Of a stretch of 63,111 bases of DNA, positions 29,301 to 39,193 are shown piece by piece. Both the position numbers and the translations under genes were made by a program. The DNA is from Cytophagales bacterium (lineage in GTDB: Bacteria > Bacteroidota > Bacteroidia > Cytophagales > Cytophagaceae), in the NCBI GenBank assembly GCA_013297765.1, contig JAAFID010000001.1, forward strand, positions 1 through 63,111. The letters run 5' to 3'. The notes beneath the pieces were generated by a model that searched no databases, had not been told where the DNA came from, and saw only the letters and a list, made by a program, of their open reading frames with translations. Each line of letters starts with the position of its first letter. Position 1 is the stretch's first letter.

Positions 29301-30866
29301 ATTTCGCCACCACCTCACCACGATATTTATTCCATTGAAGATTTGGCACAGTTGATTTCAGATTTGAAAAATGCCAATCCAAGTGCAAGAATAAGTGTAA
29401 AATTAGTTTCAGAAGCTGGTGTAGGTACTATTGCCGCTGGTGTTGCCAAGGCACATGCCGACCATGTATTGATATCTGGTCACGATGGCGGTACAGGTGC
29501 ATCGCCTATTAGTTCTATTCGCCATGCAGGTTTGCCATGGGAATTGGGACTTTCTGAAACCCACCAAACATTGGTAAGAAATAAATTGCGTAGCCGTATA
29601 GCGGTTCAAGCCGATGGACAAATGAAAACAGGTCGTGACCTTGCTATTGCAGCATTGTTAGGTGCCGAAGAATTTGGTGTAGCCACCGCAGCATTGGTTA
29701 CGGCTGGTTGTATCATGATGCGTAAGTGTCATTTGAACACTTGCCCAGTAGGAGTAGCGACACAAAATAAAGAATTAAGAGCATTATTTACAGGCAAGCC
29801 CGAACATGTGGTAAACCTATTCACTTTCTTAGCGTCCGAACTCAGAGAAATAATGGCAGAGCTAGGCTTCCGTACCATCAACGAGATGGTAGGCAGGGTA
29901 GATAAATTGGAAATGCGTTCAGACATTACCAACTGGAAACTAAAAACAATAGATTTAGCCAAAGTATTATACAAAGAAAATGCAGGGGCAGATGTAGGCT
30001 TATATAAAACAGAAGAGCAAGATCACGGGTTAGAAGATGTGCTAGATTTAACACTAATCAAAGACAGCCAACCTTCGCTAGCCAACCAGCAAGCAGTAAA
30101 TTTAGCGTACAAAATTAACAACCTAAATAGGTCTGTAGGTACCATGCTATCGCATGAAATTTCAAAAATTTACAAGGGTGTAGGATTGCCAGCAGGTACT
30201 ATTCATGCTAAGTTTACAGGTAGTGCTGGTCAAAGTTTTGGGGCTTTCTCTGCATCGGGAATTAAATTTGAATTAGAAGGCGAGGCCAACGATTACTTTG
30301 GCAAAGGCTTGTCAGGTTCACGTTTGATATTGTACCCTTCTAAAAGTGCTAAGTTTATTGCCAATGAAAATATTATCGTAGGAAATGTTGCCTTTTATGG
30401 TGCCACCTCTGGCGATGCTTATATTCGTGGTATGGCAGGCGAGCGTTTTTGCGTGAGAAACTCAGGTGCTATAGCTGTAGTAGAAGGTGTAGGTGACCAC
30501 GGTTGCGAATACATGACAGGCGGCATAGCATTGATACTTGGCGATACAGGTAGAAACTTTGCCGCAGGGATGAGTGGTGGCGTAGCCTACATTTACGACA
30601 CTGACAAAAAGTTTGCAAAGAAATGCAATATGGAAATGGTAGCCCTAGAGACACTAGAGCCAGAAGATATCGATACATTAAAATCACTCATTACCAACCA
30701 TAAAGATTTTACAGGCAGCGACGTGGCAACATCTATTTTGAACGATTGGAACAATTCTTTGCAACATTTTGTAAAAGTAATGCCAGTAGATTACAAAGCC
30801 GTATTACTAAAAAGAAAACTAGAACAAAACCAAATAGGAAATAAGGAGGTATTGATACATGGGTAA
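26310..30866 (+). CDS. gltB: glutamate synthase large subunit
   Basis: About 1518 aa. N-terminal amidotransferase cysteine context FEHDSCGIGFVA, followed by FMN and GXGXG domains. ATG at 26310 is in frame with the track TTG at 26307. Confidence 0.97.
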   Translation: MAELNNQGLYDTSFEHDSCGIGFVANLKGKKDHDIVENALNMLERMEHRGACGCESNTGDGAGILIQVPHEFFVDECVKLGFKLPAFGHYGVGTVFFPKDKKLRDECRAILNRNIEKLGMTLLGYRELPTDNSPIGPSALAVEPLMEQVFIKRSDDVKDADTFERKLFILRNYTTRLVRETYGLEIKNIYDAFHIASLSYKTITYKGQFTTGQVRQYFPDLRQKGVVSAIAVVHSRFSTNTFPSFRLAQPFRYIAHNGEINTVKGNVNWMKAQEAGLTSKYFTREEMEMITPICDITQSDSANLDNAVELLVLSGRSLPHVMMMLIPEAWDGNTDMTESKSAFYEYHAALMEPWDGPASISFTDGKIVGATLDRNGLRPSRYIVTDDDVIIMASEAGVIEIDPAKIVKKGRLQPGKMFVADLEQGKIISDDELKAEICSKQPYREWLKNKIKIKDLPQPQGEFHQPDEHALLRKQQAFGYTKEDLKVIVTEMAETGKEPIGSMGTDTPLAILSDQSQHLSSYFKQLFAQVTNPPIDPIRERLVMSLVSYVGGSLNLLDESPLHCRMVELHQPVLTNTDLEKLRYLDQSHFQTKTISAFFKSDGSAGALEKALNRICQYAADAVEDGFSIILISDRAIDSSHAPIPSLLATSAIHHHLIKKGLRGKVGIVVEAADAWEVHHFATLISFGASAVNPYLAFESIVQLQKDGEIDEKLTVEKLFYNYTKAIDDGLLKVFSKMGISTLQSYQGAQIFEALGINAEVVDKYFTGTVSRIGGLKLDDIAKEVLIKHKLAYPDVPVAKTQLEVGGVYQWKRRGEYHLFNPQTIHLLQQSTKNNDYQVFKKYSKLVNDQSVKACTLRGLLKFKTANESVPLEEVESLESIFKRFATGAMSFGSISHEAHSTLAIAMNRIGGKSNCGEGGEDEIRFAKKENGDWERSAIKQVASGRFGVTSYYLTNAIELQIKMAQGAKPGEGGQLPGHKVDEWIGRVRHSTPGVGLISPPPHHDIYSIEDLAQLISDLKNANPSARISVKLVSEAGVGTIAAGVAKAHADHVLISGHDGGTGASPISSIRHAGLPWELGLSETHQTLVRNKLRSRIAVQADGQMKTGRDLAIAALLGAEEFGVATAALVTAGCIMMRKCHLNTCPVGVATQNKELRALFTGKPEHVVNLFTFLASELREIMAELGFRTINEMVGRVDKLEMRSDITNWKLKTIDLAKVLYKENAGADVGLYKTEEQDHGLEDVLDLTLIKDSQPSLANQQAVNLAYKINNLNRSVGTMLSHEISKIYKGVGLPAGTIHAKFTGSAGQSFGAFSASGIKFELEGEANDYFGKGLSGSRLILYPSKSAKFIANENIIVGNVAFYGATSGDAYIRGMAGERFCVRNSGAIAVVEGVGDHGCEYMTGGIALILGDTGRNFAAGMSGGVAYIYDTDKKFAKKCNMEMVALETLEPEDIDTLKSLITNHKDFTGSDVATSILNDWNNSLQHFVKVMPVDYKAVLLKRKLEQNQIGNKEVLIHG

Positions 30867-32334
30867 GCCAACAGGATTTATGGAATTCGGCCGTGAGTTG
30901 CCGAAAAAAAGAGACCCCAAAGAAAGAATCAACGACTTTAAGGAATTATATGTTCCTTTTGATGGCGAAAAAGTAGAGACTCAAGCTGCTCGTTGCATGA
31001 ATTGTGGTGTGCCGTTTTGCCACAACGGTTGTCCGCTGGGCAATATCATACCCGAATTTAACGACGCAGTGTATGAAGGTCAATGGGAAGAAGCAGCAGA
31101 AATATTGCTTTCTACCAATAACTTTCCAGAATTTACAGGTAGAATATGTCCTGCACCTTGTGAGGCAGCATGTGTTTTGGGTATTAATAAGCCTCCTGTT
31201 ACCATAGAAGAAATTGAGAAAAACATCATAGAAATTGCTTACGAAAAAGGCTATGTAAAAGCACAACCACCGCTAGTACGCACTGGCAAAAAAGTAGTGG
31301 TAGTAGGTTCTGGCCCGGCAGGCATGGCAGCAGCAGCACAGCTAAACAAAGCTGGGCACACTGTAACCCTAATGGAACGTGCCGAAAGAATAGGTGGATT
31401 GTTGCGTTATGGTATTCCCGATTTCAAGTTAGAAAAATGGGTGATTGACCGCCGGATGAAGGTTATGGAAGCCGAAGGTGTCATATTTCAGACGAATGCC
31501 AATGTAGGCGATAACATCAAAGTAAAAGATTTATTGAATGATTTTGATGCCATAGTGCTTACTGGTGGCTCTACCATACCTAGAGATTTACCTATACCAG
31601 GCCGAGAGTTGAAAGGCGTGCATTTTGCGATGCAATTCCTAGGTCAGCAAAACGATAGGGTACATGGCAAAACCCTTGACCCTGCTACTGAAATATGGGC
31701 TACAGGTAAAAATGTATTGGTGATAGGTGGTGGTGATACAGGTTCAGACTGTGTTGGTACTTCGAATAGACATAAAGCGGCATCGGTATCGCAGATAGAA
31801 GTAATGCCAAAACCTCCGACAGAACGAAATGATTCTATGCCTTGGCCAAACTGGCCAATGATTTTGCGTACTTCTACCTCGCATGAAGAAGGCTGCGAAA
31901 GAAACTGGGCTATAGCTACCAAAGAATTTGTAGGCGATGCCAATGGAAATCTTACAGGGCTACGAATTGCCGAAATGGGATGGGTAGAAACAGAAGCTGG
32001 CAAGTTACCAAAGTATCAGGAGCTTCCTGGCACCGAGCGAGTATTGCCTTGCGAATTGGCTTTACTAGCCATCGGCTTTGTACACCCACAACACAGTGGC
32101 ATGCTCAACGATTTTGGGGTAGAACTAGACGAAAGAGGCAATGTAAAATGCAGCGATAAATATCAAACTTCGGTAGACAAAGTATTCGCCGCAGGAGATA
32201 TGCGTCGTGGGCAGTCGCTGGTTGTTTGGGCTATATCAGAAGGTAGGGAGGCTGCTAGAAATGTAGACATATACCTAATGGGTGCTTCTAAACTAGAAGC
32301 AAAAGACGTGTCTATGTTAAGTGTAGTGGGGTAA
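30859..32334 (+). CDS. gltD: glutamate synthase small subunit (NADPH)
   Basis: 491 aa. Fe-S motif CMNCGVPFC...CP and dinucleotide fold VVVVGSGPAGMAAA. Overlaps the gltB stop by 8 nt. Confidence 0.97.
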   Translation: MGKPTGFMEFGRELPKKRDPKERINDFKELYVPFDGEKVETQAARCMNCGVPFCHNGCPLGNIIPEFNDAVYEGQWEEAAEILLSTNNFPEFTGRICPAPCEAACVLGINKPPVTIEEIEKNIIEIAYEKGYVKAQPPLVRTGKKVVVVGSGPAGMAAAAQLNKAGHTVTLMERAERIGGLLRYGIPDFKLEKWVIDRRMKVMEAEGVIFQTNANVGDNIKVKDLLNDFDAIVLTGGSTIPRDLPIPGRELKGVHFAMQFLGQQNDRVHGKTLDPATEIWATGKNVLVIGGGDTGSDCVGTSNRHKAASVSQIEVMPKPPTERNDSMPWPNWPMILRTSTSHEEGCERNWAIATKEFVGDANGNLTGLRIAEMGWVETEAGKLPKYQELPGTERVLPCELALLAIGFVHPQHSGMLNDFGVELDERGNVKCSDKYQTSVDKVFAAGDMRRGQSLVVWAISEGREAARNVDIYLMGASKLEAKDVSMLSVVG

Positions 32335-32362
32335 GAGGGAATTACTAGAATTGATTATATAT

Positions 32363-32396
32363 AAGACCAGCTTCCCTAAGACTGGTCTTTTTTTTG
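32363..32396 (+). terminator. rho-independent terminator after gltD
   Basis: Stem AAGACCAG / CTGGTCTT with an 11-nt loop, followed by T7. Confidence 0.7.
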
Positions 32397-32494
32397 AAGT
32401 ACAGCATCTTCTCCATAGTTCCTAAATATATAAAAATAAAAAAAGCAGCCCATAAATAATGAACTGCCTTTTTTAATCTTATATATTATAGGTA

Positions 32495-33373
32495 TTAAAA
32501 CTCCCACAAATTATGCTCATATTCCATAAGTGAAAATGCAGCCCACTGAGAAGCCAAAATACCTTTGTATTGATCGCCACCATATATATCTACTAAGTAG
32601 TTATCTTCTGGATTAGACACCTTCACGATGTAAGAACTAAATAATCTTAATTCAAAAGCATCAGCTAGATTTTTATGTTCTCTATCATTTTGTCTATTGA
32701 ACCATATCGCATTAGGATTGTCCTTAAACAATTTTTCTACCAATTCTTTGTACATGAACGATGCCACCACAGTCTCAATTGCTTTCTTGTTCGATGGCAA
32801 GTCAGAAGGTACAGACATTGTCAAAGATTGAATATCAAAATATTGTCTTGACCTTTGTTTGTCAAAGATAAAGTCTTCTTTGATATTCATTTGATATAAA
32901 TTCTGAGGGAGATAATCAGCATCGCCACCACCAGCTAGAACAGATGAGTCTCCATTTGCTAACGCTATTTGTTTTTCTTCTTCAGTCAATATAGCAGCAT
33001 CAGAAGGCATACGCATTCTTTCATTAAATTCTTCAATAGTTAATTTTCTACCCAAATCAAGTGAATCATTATTATATGGAGTAATTAAGCCTTTGCGAAC
33101 AGCATCAATCAGCAATTTAGTAATTTGTCTATTGGTTGAAAATAAAGGTCTATTTTGAGGTTCTCTCAAATCCAGTGTTCTCACCACAGATCTTTTGTAC
33201 ATAATATCTGATTCATGTATTGGTCGCACAGAATACTTATTGTAACCATCTACAATGACACCATCGTTGGTTGAGCGAGGTTTTTCTGTTGCTGGTTTTT
33301 CAGCAGCCTCTTGAGCGAAACCACTAGAAAGACTTGCTATAAGCAAAGAAACAATAACACATAATTTCTTCAT
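32495..33373 (-). CDS. gldN: gliding motility / T9SS protein GldN (PorN)
   Basis: Last gene of the gldKLMN block. The internal ATG at 33373 gives the signal peptide MKKLCVIVSLLIASLSSGFAQ. Size and position are typical of GldN. Confidence 0.85.
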   Translation of the reverse strand: MKKLCVIVSLLIASLSSGFAQEAAEKPATEKPRSTNDGVIVDGYNKYSVRPIHESDIMYKRSVVRTLDLREPQNRPLFSTNRQITKLLIDAVRKGLITPYNNDSLDLGRKLTIEEFNERMRMPSDAAILTEEEKQIALANGDSSVLAGGGDADYLPQNLYQMNIKEDFIFDKQRSRQYFDIQSLTMSVPSDLPSNKKAIETVVASFMYKELVEKLFKDNPNAIWFNRQNDREHKNLADAFELRLFSSYIVKVSNPEDNYLVDIYGGDQYKGILASQWAAFSLMEYEHNLWEF

Positions 33374-33446
33374 AAGATAGATATTTATAATAATAATTTT
33401 ATGACTTGGATATGTTTCCATACCCAAGTCATAAACAATGCCCTGT

Positions 33447-35045
33447 TTAGTTAAGCGGAATGTTAAGAATTGTTGCAGGAATGTTTACTTCCTCAACTTG
33501 CTTCATAAAATTCGTTCTATTTACTTTTTTAACTTCAATCAAAATCCTATCTCCAGGTTGAGCCAAGCCTGCAAAATCAGGAACTTGACCTATTTGACCA
33601 TTGAAAGTTTTAGTACTTAAAGGTCTTTTACCTCTTACTAAAATACAATCCCAATTGGTTACCGCAAAATTTGCATCTTTAGGCAAGAAAGTTTTAAATC
33701 CTTCATCAGCATCAGCTTTCATTTGAATCGCTCTTACAGAAGAAGCAACCTCACCTTGTTTTTGATTTGCCTCTCTACCACCTATCATGCATTTGATACT
33801 TGGTTTAGGAATAAGACGTACGCCAAATTCTTGAGAACCTATGTAATTTCCACCACTAGATACTTTAAGTTCCACTTTGGTACCTGTAGGTATAAGGGTT
33901 ACTTTACCCTTTTCTGCACCATTGATTACTTGTGCACCAGTAGCTGCAAAGCTAGGATTGTAAACAGAACCCAATGCTGGAACTTGAACATTTAGCTCAT
34001 TACCACAGTTTCTATACAATGCATTTACAGAAGCCGATTGAACAGATATTACAGGTCTAGCTACTGTGTATTCTTCGGACAAATTAAAGGTAGTATCAGT
34101 TCCAAGTTTATTTTTTATTGTGATTGAACCTGACCATTTTTTCATAGCATTACCATCCTTATTAAAAGCTCCACCAGTTGCAGTGAAAGATACTAATCCC
34201 ATTCCTGCTTTTACTTCAATTGGACGACCTTCAAATTTCATAGTAGGAGTTATTGCACTAGAAGATGCAGCCAAAAACATTTCAGCCTCATATTTAGTAC
34301 CAGCAGCAACTACACTTGATTTAGGTCTTACCATCACTTTAATTTGGTCAAAATCTATTTTATCAATACCAAGGTTAGCACCAAGTTTAGCTAAAGCTTC
34401 AGATTCATATTTTAAAATCTGAGATTCCTTCTGAGCCAATACTGCCAATGCAGCAACCATAGGAGTTTCTGCAAAATTAAGTGTAGCAAAATCTTTACGT
34501 TTTTGACTAGCTTCCTTCATTGCCAATGGATCTTCTTTTCCATCAAGCGCTAACTTGGGTACATCCAATTTAGTAGTTTCAGTCAAGAATTTAGCATATT
34601 CGTTCATCTCCGTCTGAAGTTTGTAAGCAACTCCTTTTTTAGAACCTTCAGGACCTACCATGTAATTTACTACTTTTTCCTCTTCCTTTGCACCTTTGTA
34701 AGAAAGACCATCAGTATCTAATCCGCCAGTATCGTCTATCAGAAATTTTCTAGTTTTTCCAATAAATCCAACCAATTCGTCGGTTCTTTTTCTAACTTCT
34801 TCTGCTTTTTTCAAGGTAGCAACGTCATTAGGAGTATTTCCTGATTTAGCAACTGATTTTGCAATGCCTTGTATAGTAGAAGCATTTTCAGAATTTGCTT
34901 TGTTGTTTACTTGCATCAAGCTATCATCCAAAAATTGAAATTTTTGAATGATGGCCGAACTTACCTGAAGTGCTAACAAAGCTGTTAACACTAGGTACAT
35001 CATACCGATCATTTTTTGTCTCGGGGATTCTTTACCTCCTGCCAT
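33447..35045 (-). CDS. gldM: gliding motility / T9SS protein GldM (PorM)
   Basis: 532 aa. Characteristic N-terminus MAGGKESPRQKMIGMMYLVLTALLAL (single TM helix) followed by a long periplasmic region. Confidence 0.9.
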   Translation of the reverse strand: MAGGKESPRQKMIGMMYLVLTALLALQVSSAIIQKFQFLDDSLMQVNNKANSENASTIQGIAKSVAKSGNTPNDVATLKKAEEVRKRTDELVGFIGKTRKFLIDDTGGLDTDGLSYKGAKEEEKVVNYMVGPEGSKKGVAYKLQTEMNEYAKFLTETTKLDVPKLALDGKEDPLAMKEASQKRKDFATLNFAETPMVAALAVLAQKESQILKYESEALAKLGANLGIDKIDFDQIKVMVRPKSSVVAAGTKYEAEMFLAASSSAITPTMKFEGRPIEVKAGMGLVSFTATGGAFNKDGNAMKKWSGSITIKNKLGTDTTFNLSEEYTVARPVISVQSASVNALYRNCGNELNVQVPALGSVYNPSFAATGAQVINGAEKGKVTLIPTGTKVELKVSSGGNYIGSQEFGVRLIPKPSIKCMIGGREANQKQGEVASSVRAIQMKADADEGFKTFLPKDANFAVTNWDCILVRGKRPLSTKTFNGQIGQVPDFAGLAQPGDRILIEVKKVNRTNFMKQVEEVNIPATILNIPLN

Positions 35046-35090
35046 AACACATTAATTTTATACTGTTAAAAAGTTGAAACAAAATTTATA

Positions 35091-35876
35091 TTAACCTTTC
35101 ATAGCAGATAACATGCTACCATAAACATTATTCAAAGAAGTCAAGTTTTTAGTTAATTTAGACAACTCATCTTTGAAGTGTTGGGTATCTTTGCTTGCAT
35201 CGGCCATACTCTCCATTGCAGAAGAAAGATTGCTGTAGAATTTGTTCATTGCTCTCAAATGGTTGTTTGCATCTTGCAATTCCATTTCATAAACAGCATT
35301 CAATGCACCCAAATTTTTAGTAATACTTTGTACTTGAGTGTGATATTCTTTTGCATCTTGTGAAGCATTTGCCATTTCCGACATTGCATCTACAGTTTTA
35401 GCATAAGATTTATTCATTTCTAAAAGTGATTTAGATGCACTTTTAACATTATTAGCATATTCTGAAGATGCACTTGAAGCGTCAGAAAGATCTTTCAATC
35501 CAGAAACTGAAGCTGTTAAACTACTGAAACTTGTTCCTAGTTTAGTAATAGTATCTTGATTAAGACCTCCTTTAGACATCATCTCATCTAGTTTACCTGT
35601 CAAATTAGTAGTTGAAGCCTCTTCTTCCTCATCATAACCCTCATAATCTGCTGCTAATTGCGGATAAACCCTCGACCAATCTGGATCTTTATGCATAGGT
35701 TGAAATGCACTCATTAAAAATATAAATGCTTCAGTACTTAGTCCTATTACAAGCATAGGACCCGCAAAAGGCCAATGCATGATTTTAAACATCGCTCCAA
35801 CAATTACTACCGCTGCTCCAATTCCATAGATCATTGGCATAATCTTGTCAAATAATACACTCTCTTTTGCGCTCAT
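35091..35876 (-). CDS. gldL: gliding motility / T9SS protein GldL (PorL)
   Basis: 261 aa. Two N-terminal TM helices (IYGIGAAVVIVGAMFKIMHWP...) followed by a cytoplasmic helical domain. Confidence 0.9.
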   Translation of the reverse strand: MSAKESVLFDKIMPMIYGIGAAVVIVGAMFKIMHWPFAGPMLVIGLSTEAFIFLMSAFQPMHKDPDWSRVYPQLAADYEGYDEEEEASTTNLTGKLDEMMSKGGLNQDTITKLGTSFSSLTASVSGLKDLSDASSASSEYANNVKSASKSLLEMNKSYAKTVDAMSEMANASQDAKEYHTQVQSITKNLGALNAVYEMELQDANNHLRAMNKFYSNLSSAMESMADASKDTQHFKDELSKLTKNLTSLNNVYGSMLSAMKG

Positions 35877-35943
35877 TTTCGATTAAAATTTAAAAGTTTA
35901 ACAATTATTATTTACCTATTTAATTTATAAAAATACAATTTGA

Positions 35944-36978
35944 TTAAAATTCAGAACCCGAAGATCTACCTAAGTAGGTCATAACACATCTGAAACCTAT
36001 ATAAGATTTAGTAGTGTCTTGATATTCAAAAGTTCTGGTGCCAGTTTCTAAGTAATAGGCAACATCTTTCCATGAGCCACCACGAATTATTTTTCTAGGC
36101 TCATTGTCATCATAATATGTAGGGTTCAAATCCCAAACTACAGGAACAGAAGCATCATAATGAGCATCTTCGCACCATTCTGAAACGTTTCCAGCCATAT
36201 CAAACAGACCGAAATCATTAGAAAAATAAGATGCTACAGGAGATGTGTACATAAAACCATCATCGTAGTAATTTCCTCTACCTGGTTTAAAGTTGGCAAG
36301 CATACAACCTTTTGCATTTCTAATATATGGATTACCCCAAGGATATTTTGCCATATCTCTTCCACCTCTTGCAGCATATTCCCATTCTGCCTCTGATGGC
36401 AATCTAAAGTTTGGCATTCTAAACAAGCCTTGTTCTGCTCTCCAATTATTCATGTGTTTGGTTCTCCACTCACAAAAATATTTTGCTGCAAACCAATCGA
36501 CACCTACTACTGGGTAATCGTCAAATGCAGGGTGAGCATAATAATATTCCATCATAGGATCGCCCATGTGATGTGAAAAATCTTTTACCCATACGGCAGT
36601 ATCGGGATAAAGTTCAGTTTTAATGTATTCTTCACCAAGTGCTTCTAATGAATCAGCCAGCATTACATCTATGAATTGTCTATATTCATTATTTGTAATT
36701 TCGGTATCGTCCATGTAAAAACCACCAATGGTTACTTGCTTATTGTGGTTGATTTGAGATGCTGGTACATCTTCATCTGCTTGGCCCATGTGAAATGTTC
36801 CTGAAGGGCAAGTAGTCATACCAAAAGGGACTGACATGACCCAGCCTTCTCTGCCTTGTACACCGATAAGGTCGCCTCCTCCATCGCTGCCTCCTCCTTT
36901 TTTACCACATGATTGTAGCATAATGCTAGCCACAATAATAGGCAAAGAAAGAAATTTGATCACATTTAATTTAATCAT
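35944..36978 (-). CDS. gldK: gliding motility / T9SS lipoprotein GldK (PorK), FGE-sulfatase fold
   Basis: 344 aa. Lipobox IMLQSCG and formylglycine-generating-enzyme-like motifs (RGGSW, GFRCV). Confidence 0.9.
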   Translation of the reverse strand: MIKLNVIKFLSLPIIVASIMLQSCGKKGGGSDGGGDLIGVQGREGWVMSVPFGMTTCPSGTFHMGQADEDVPASQINHNKQVTIGGFYMDDTEITNNEYRQFIDVMLADSLEALGEEYIKTELYPDTAVWVKDFSHHMGDPMMEYYYAHPAFDDYPVVGVDWFAAKYFCEWRTKHMNNWRAEQGLFRMPNFRLPSEAEWEYAARGGRDMAKYPWGNPYIRNAKGCMLANFKPGRGNYYDDGFMYTSPVASYFSNDFGLFDMAGNVSEWCEDAHYDASVPVVWDLNPTYYDDNEPRKIIRGGSWKDVAYYLETGTRTFEYQDTTKSYIGFRCVMTYLGRSSGSEF

Positions 36979-36992
36979 AACAACTATTTGTT

Positions 36993-37020
36993 TAACCTGT
37001 ATAACCCTATATAACCTGTA
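36993..37020. repeat. three tandem 9-10-bp units directly upstream of the gldK start
   Basis: Plus strand reads TAACCTGTA-TAACCCTATA-TAACCTGTA. On the coding strand this is TACAGGTTA-TATAGGGTTA-TACAGGTTA, ending 14 nt before the gldK ATG. Confidence 0.5.
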
Positions 37021-37147
37021 GTAAAATGTTAAATTAATAAAATATATTGAAATAACGCAATTTTGGTTTCATATTATTTTAATAATTTATATAAGAAAAA
37101 ATCAATTTTCGCTTAAGCCCTGAATTTTAAACTATTGCAAAATCTTC

Positions 37148-38236
37148 TTAATTTTCATCATGTCTGTAACGAGGTGTTCTTATTTTTGGTTTCAAAACAT
37201 CCCAAGGTGGAACAATGATGTATGACAAAAGCACTTCATGCGATGTTCTAGTTTTAGCATTGGCACCGCTGGTTACAAAGTCGAATGCATAGCCAATTTT
37301 CAATGCATTATTGTTCTGTTTATTCTTTAAAAGATTTACCCCAACTAAAAATACAATATCATCATTTCTTAAAGTCTTACCTCCTGTGGCAATATCCTTT
37401 TTGGAGAAAGATTCTCTTACATTGATACCAAACCAAAACTTGTCATTATATGTAGCTATAGCACCTACGAGGTAAGAAAGTTGCTTAAAATCGGTTTGTA
37501 CTAAAGCAGATGGTGTAAGCACAATCATGCTTCCCAAATTAAGATTATAACCACCAGTAAAGTACATGTGATTAGCAACTTTAGAAATAGATTGGTTTAA
37601 ACCATAAGAAAAACTACTTTGTAAAAGATGTGCGAAGCTTGCACCTACATAATATTTGTTGGTTCTGTAGGCTAAACCTACGTTTATATCTGGCTTTGTT
37701 TGGCTGGCAACATTGCCGCCACCACTAACTAAATCTTTATAAATTTGATCTTCTGTATTAATCACTCTATAATCTGCTAAATTTCTAACTGCTTGGTTAA
37801 ATAATCCAGCTCTGAAGCCAATACCTAAATTGCCAGATTTCATTTTCAAGATATAGGAGGCTGAAAGTTGTAATTGTACTGTTCTGAGCGGACCATAAAC
37901 ATCTTGTAAAACATTAACGCCTATCCCTACAGATTTATTCAATAGTGGGGTTAGTGCCTGCACCGTCAATATATTTGTTTGAGGTGCACCACCTGTTTCG
38001 GCATAGTTTGCAGGATAGGTAGGCGATGTTCTATTTGCTGGTAAACTAGGATTATAGCTAAGCCACTGCGTACGATGGATAAATGTGGCTTTCGTAAGCC
38101 CATCTATACCCGTAAAACCAGGGCTATAGTACATGCTATTAAACATATACTGGCTAAATTGAGCATCTTGCTGGGCATATACAATGCTCCCTTGAAGAGT
38201 GATAAGTAAAGCAACAAAATAATAAATTCTCTTCAT
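37148..38236 (-). CDS. porP: type IX secretion system membrane protein PorP/SprF family
   Basis: 362 aa. Signal peptide followed by the hallmark QQDAQFSQYMFNSMYYSPGFTG. Beta-barrel-like sequence. Sits immediately upstream of gldK, as in porP-porKLMN operons. Confidence 0.85.
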   Translation of the reverse strand: MKRIYYFVALLITLQGSIVYAQQDAQFSQYMFNSMYYSPGFTGIDGLTKATFIHRTQWLSYNPSLPANRTSPTYPANYAETGGAPQTNILTVQALTPLLNKSVGIGVNVLQDVYGPLRTVQLQLSASYILKMKSGNLGIGFRAGLFNQAVRNLADYRVINTEDQIYKDLVSGGGNVASQTKPDINVGLAYRTNKYYVGASFAHLLQSSFSYGLNQSISKVANHMYFTGGYNLNLGSMIVLTPSALVQTDFKQLSYLVGAIATYNDKFWFGINVRESFSKKDIATGGKTLRNDDIVFLVGVNLLKNKQNNNALKIGYAFDFVTSGANAKTRTSHEVLLSYIIVPPWDVLKPKIRTPRYRHDEN

Positions 38237-38377
38237 CCGTATGTAAATTATCTAATGATGATGTATAAATATTGCGGTTATAAATATTTGCAATATTTTA
38301 GAATGTTCAAATTAGCAGTAATAAATGACATATTAAAATGTTAATAACATTTTTTGTTTAGGCTTGTACGTAAGATG

Positions 38378-39166
38378 TTATTTAATGTTGTTGGTTTTTT
38401 TCACAAACAACTCGATTGCTCCTGTCATTGATGGGGCATTGGGCATGGGAGCCTCAATATCTACTATAAGTCCAGCATCTCTTACAGCCTTGGCAGTTGT
38501 GGGACCAAAGGTTGCAATTCGTGTTTTTTTCTGTTGAAAATCGGGATAGTTTGAAAATAATGAAGAAACACCAGAAGGGCTGAAAAAAGAAATAATATCA
38601 AAACTATTAGGATCAATATCCGACAAATCGCTTGCTACTGTTTTGTATATAATGGCTTCCGTGAACTGAAATCCATTTTTAGACATAAATTCAGGCAATT
38701 CTTCTTTTCTAATATTAGAACAGGGAAATAGATATTTTTCTTCTCTATGTTTTTTTATGATTTCTTCTAAGTCTTTTGCTGTTCTTTCTCCTGTAAATAT
38801 TTTTCGTTTTCTAATTACTATATATTTCTGCAAATAGTTGGATGTCTGTTCAGAAACACAAAAATATTTCATATCGGCTGGCATCTCGAGCTTGGCTTCT
38901 GCACATATTTTAAAGAAGTTATCTATCGAGTTGCGGCTGGTAAATATAATGGCAGTATGGGATAAGACATCTATTTTTTGTTTTTTAAACTCTTTATAAT
39001 CAAGCGCCTCTACTTGAATGAAGGGGCGAAATTCGACTTTAAATTTATACTTTTCCGCCAATAGAAAGTAGGGCGATTTCTCGTCAGTGGGTCGAGTTTG
39101 AGAAATTAATATACTAGAAACCTTAGTAAGCCTGTCTTTTTGATCTTTGGTTTTTACTTCGCTCAT
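38378..39166 (-). CDS. uroporphyrinogen-III synthase-like (HemD fold) protein
   Basis: 262 aa. Two-lobed HemD-like pattern (ILISQ..., IIFTSRNSIDNFF, IATFGPTTAKAVRDAGL). Whether it truly acts in tetrapyrrole synthesis is not established here. Confidence 0.7.
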   Translation of the reverse strand: MSEVKTKDQKDRLTKVSSILISQTRPTDEKSPYFLLAEKYKFKVEFRPFIQVEALDYKEFKKQKIDVLSHTAIIFTSRNSIDNFFKICAEAKLEMPADMKYFCVSEQTSNYLQKYIVIRKRKIFTGERTAKDLEEIIKKHREEKYLFPCSNIRKEELPEFMSKNGFQFTEAIIYKTVASDLSDIDPNSFDIISFFSPSGVSSLFSNYPDFQQKKTRIATFGPTTAKAVRDAGLIVDIEAPMPNAPSMTGAIELFVKKTNNIK

Positions 39167-39193
39167 TTCTATAATCTAATTATTTCTTATACT

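Noticed and set aside
33438-33620. 60-aa plus-strand ORF across the gldN/gldM junction.
   Set aside because: It is antisense to the gldM 3' end, and its sequence looks non-coding.
38266-38350. A/T-only inverted repeat AAATATTGC-N14-GCAATATTT and palindrome AATGTTA-A-TAACATT between the HemD-like gene and porP.
   Set aside because: These are short and almost purely A/T in an AT-rich spacer. They cannot be distinguished from chance without comparative data.
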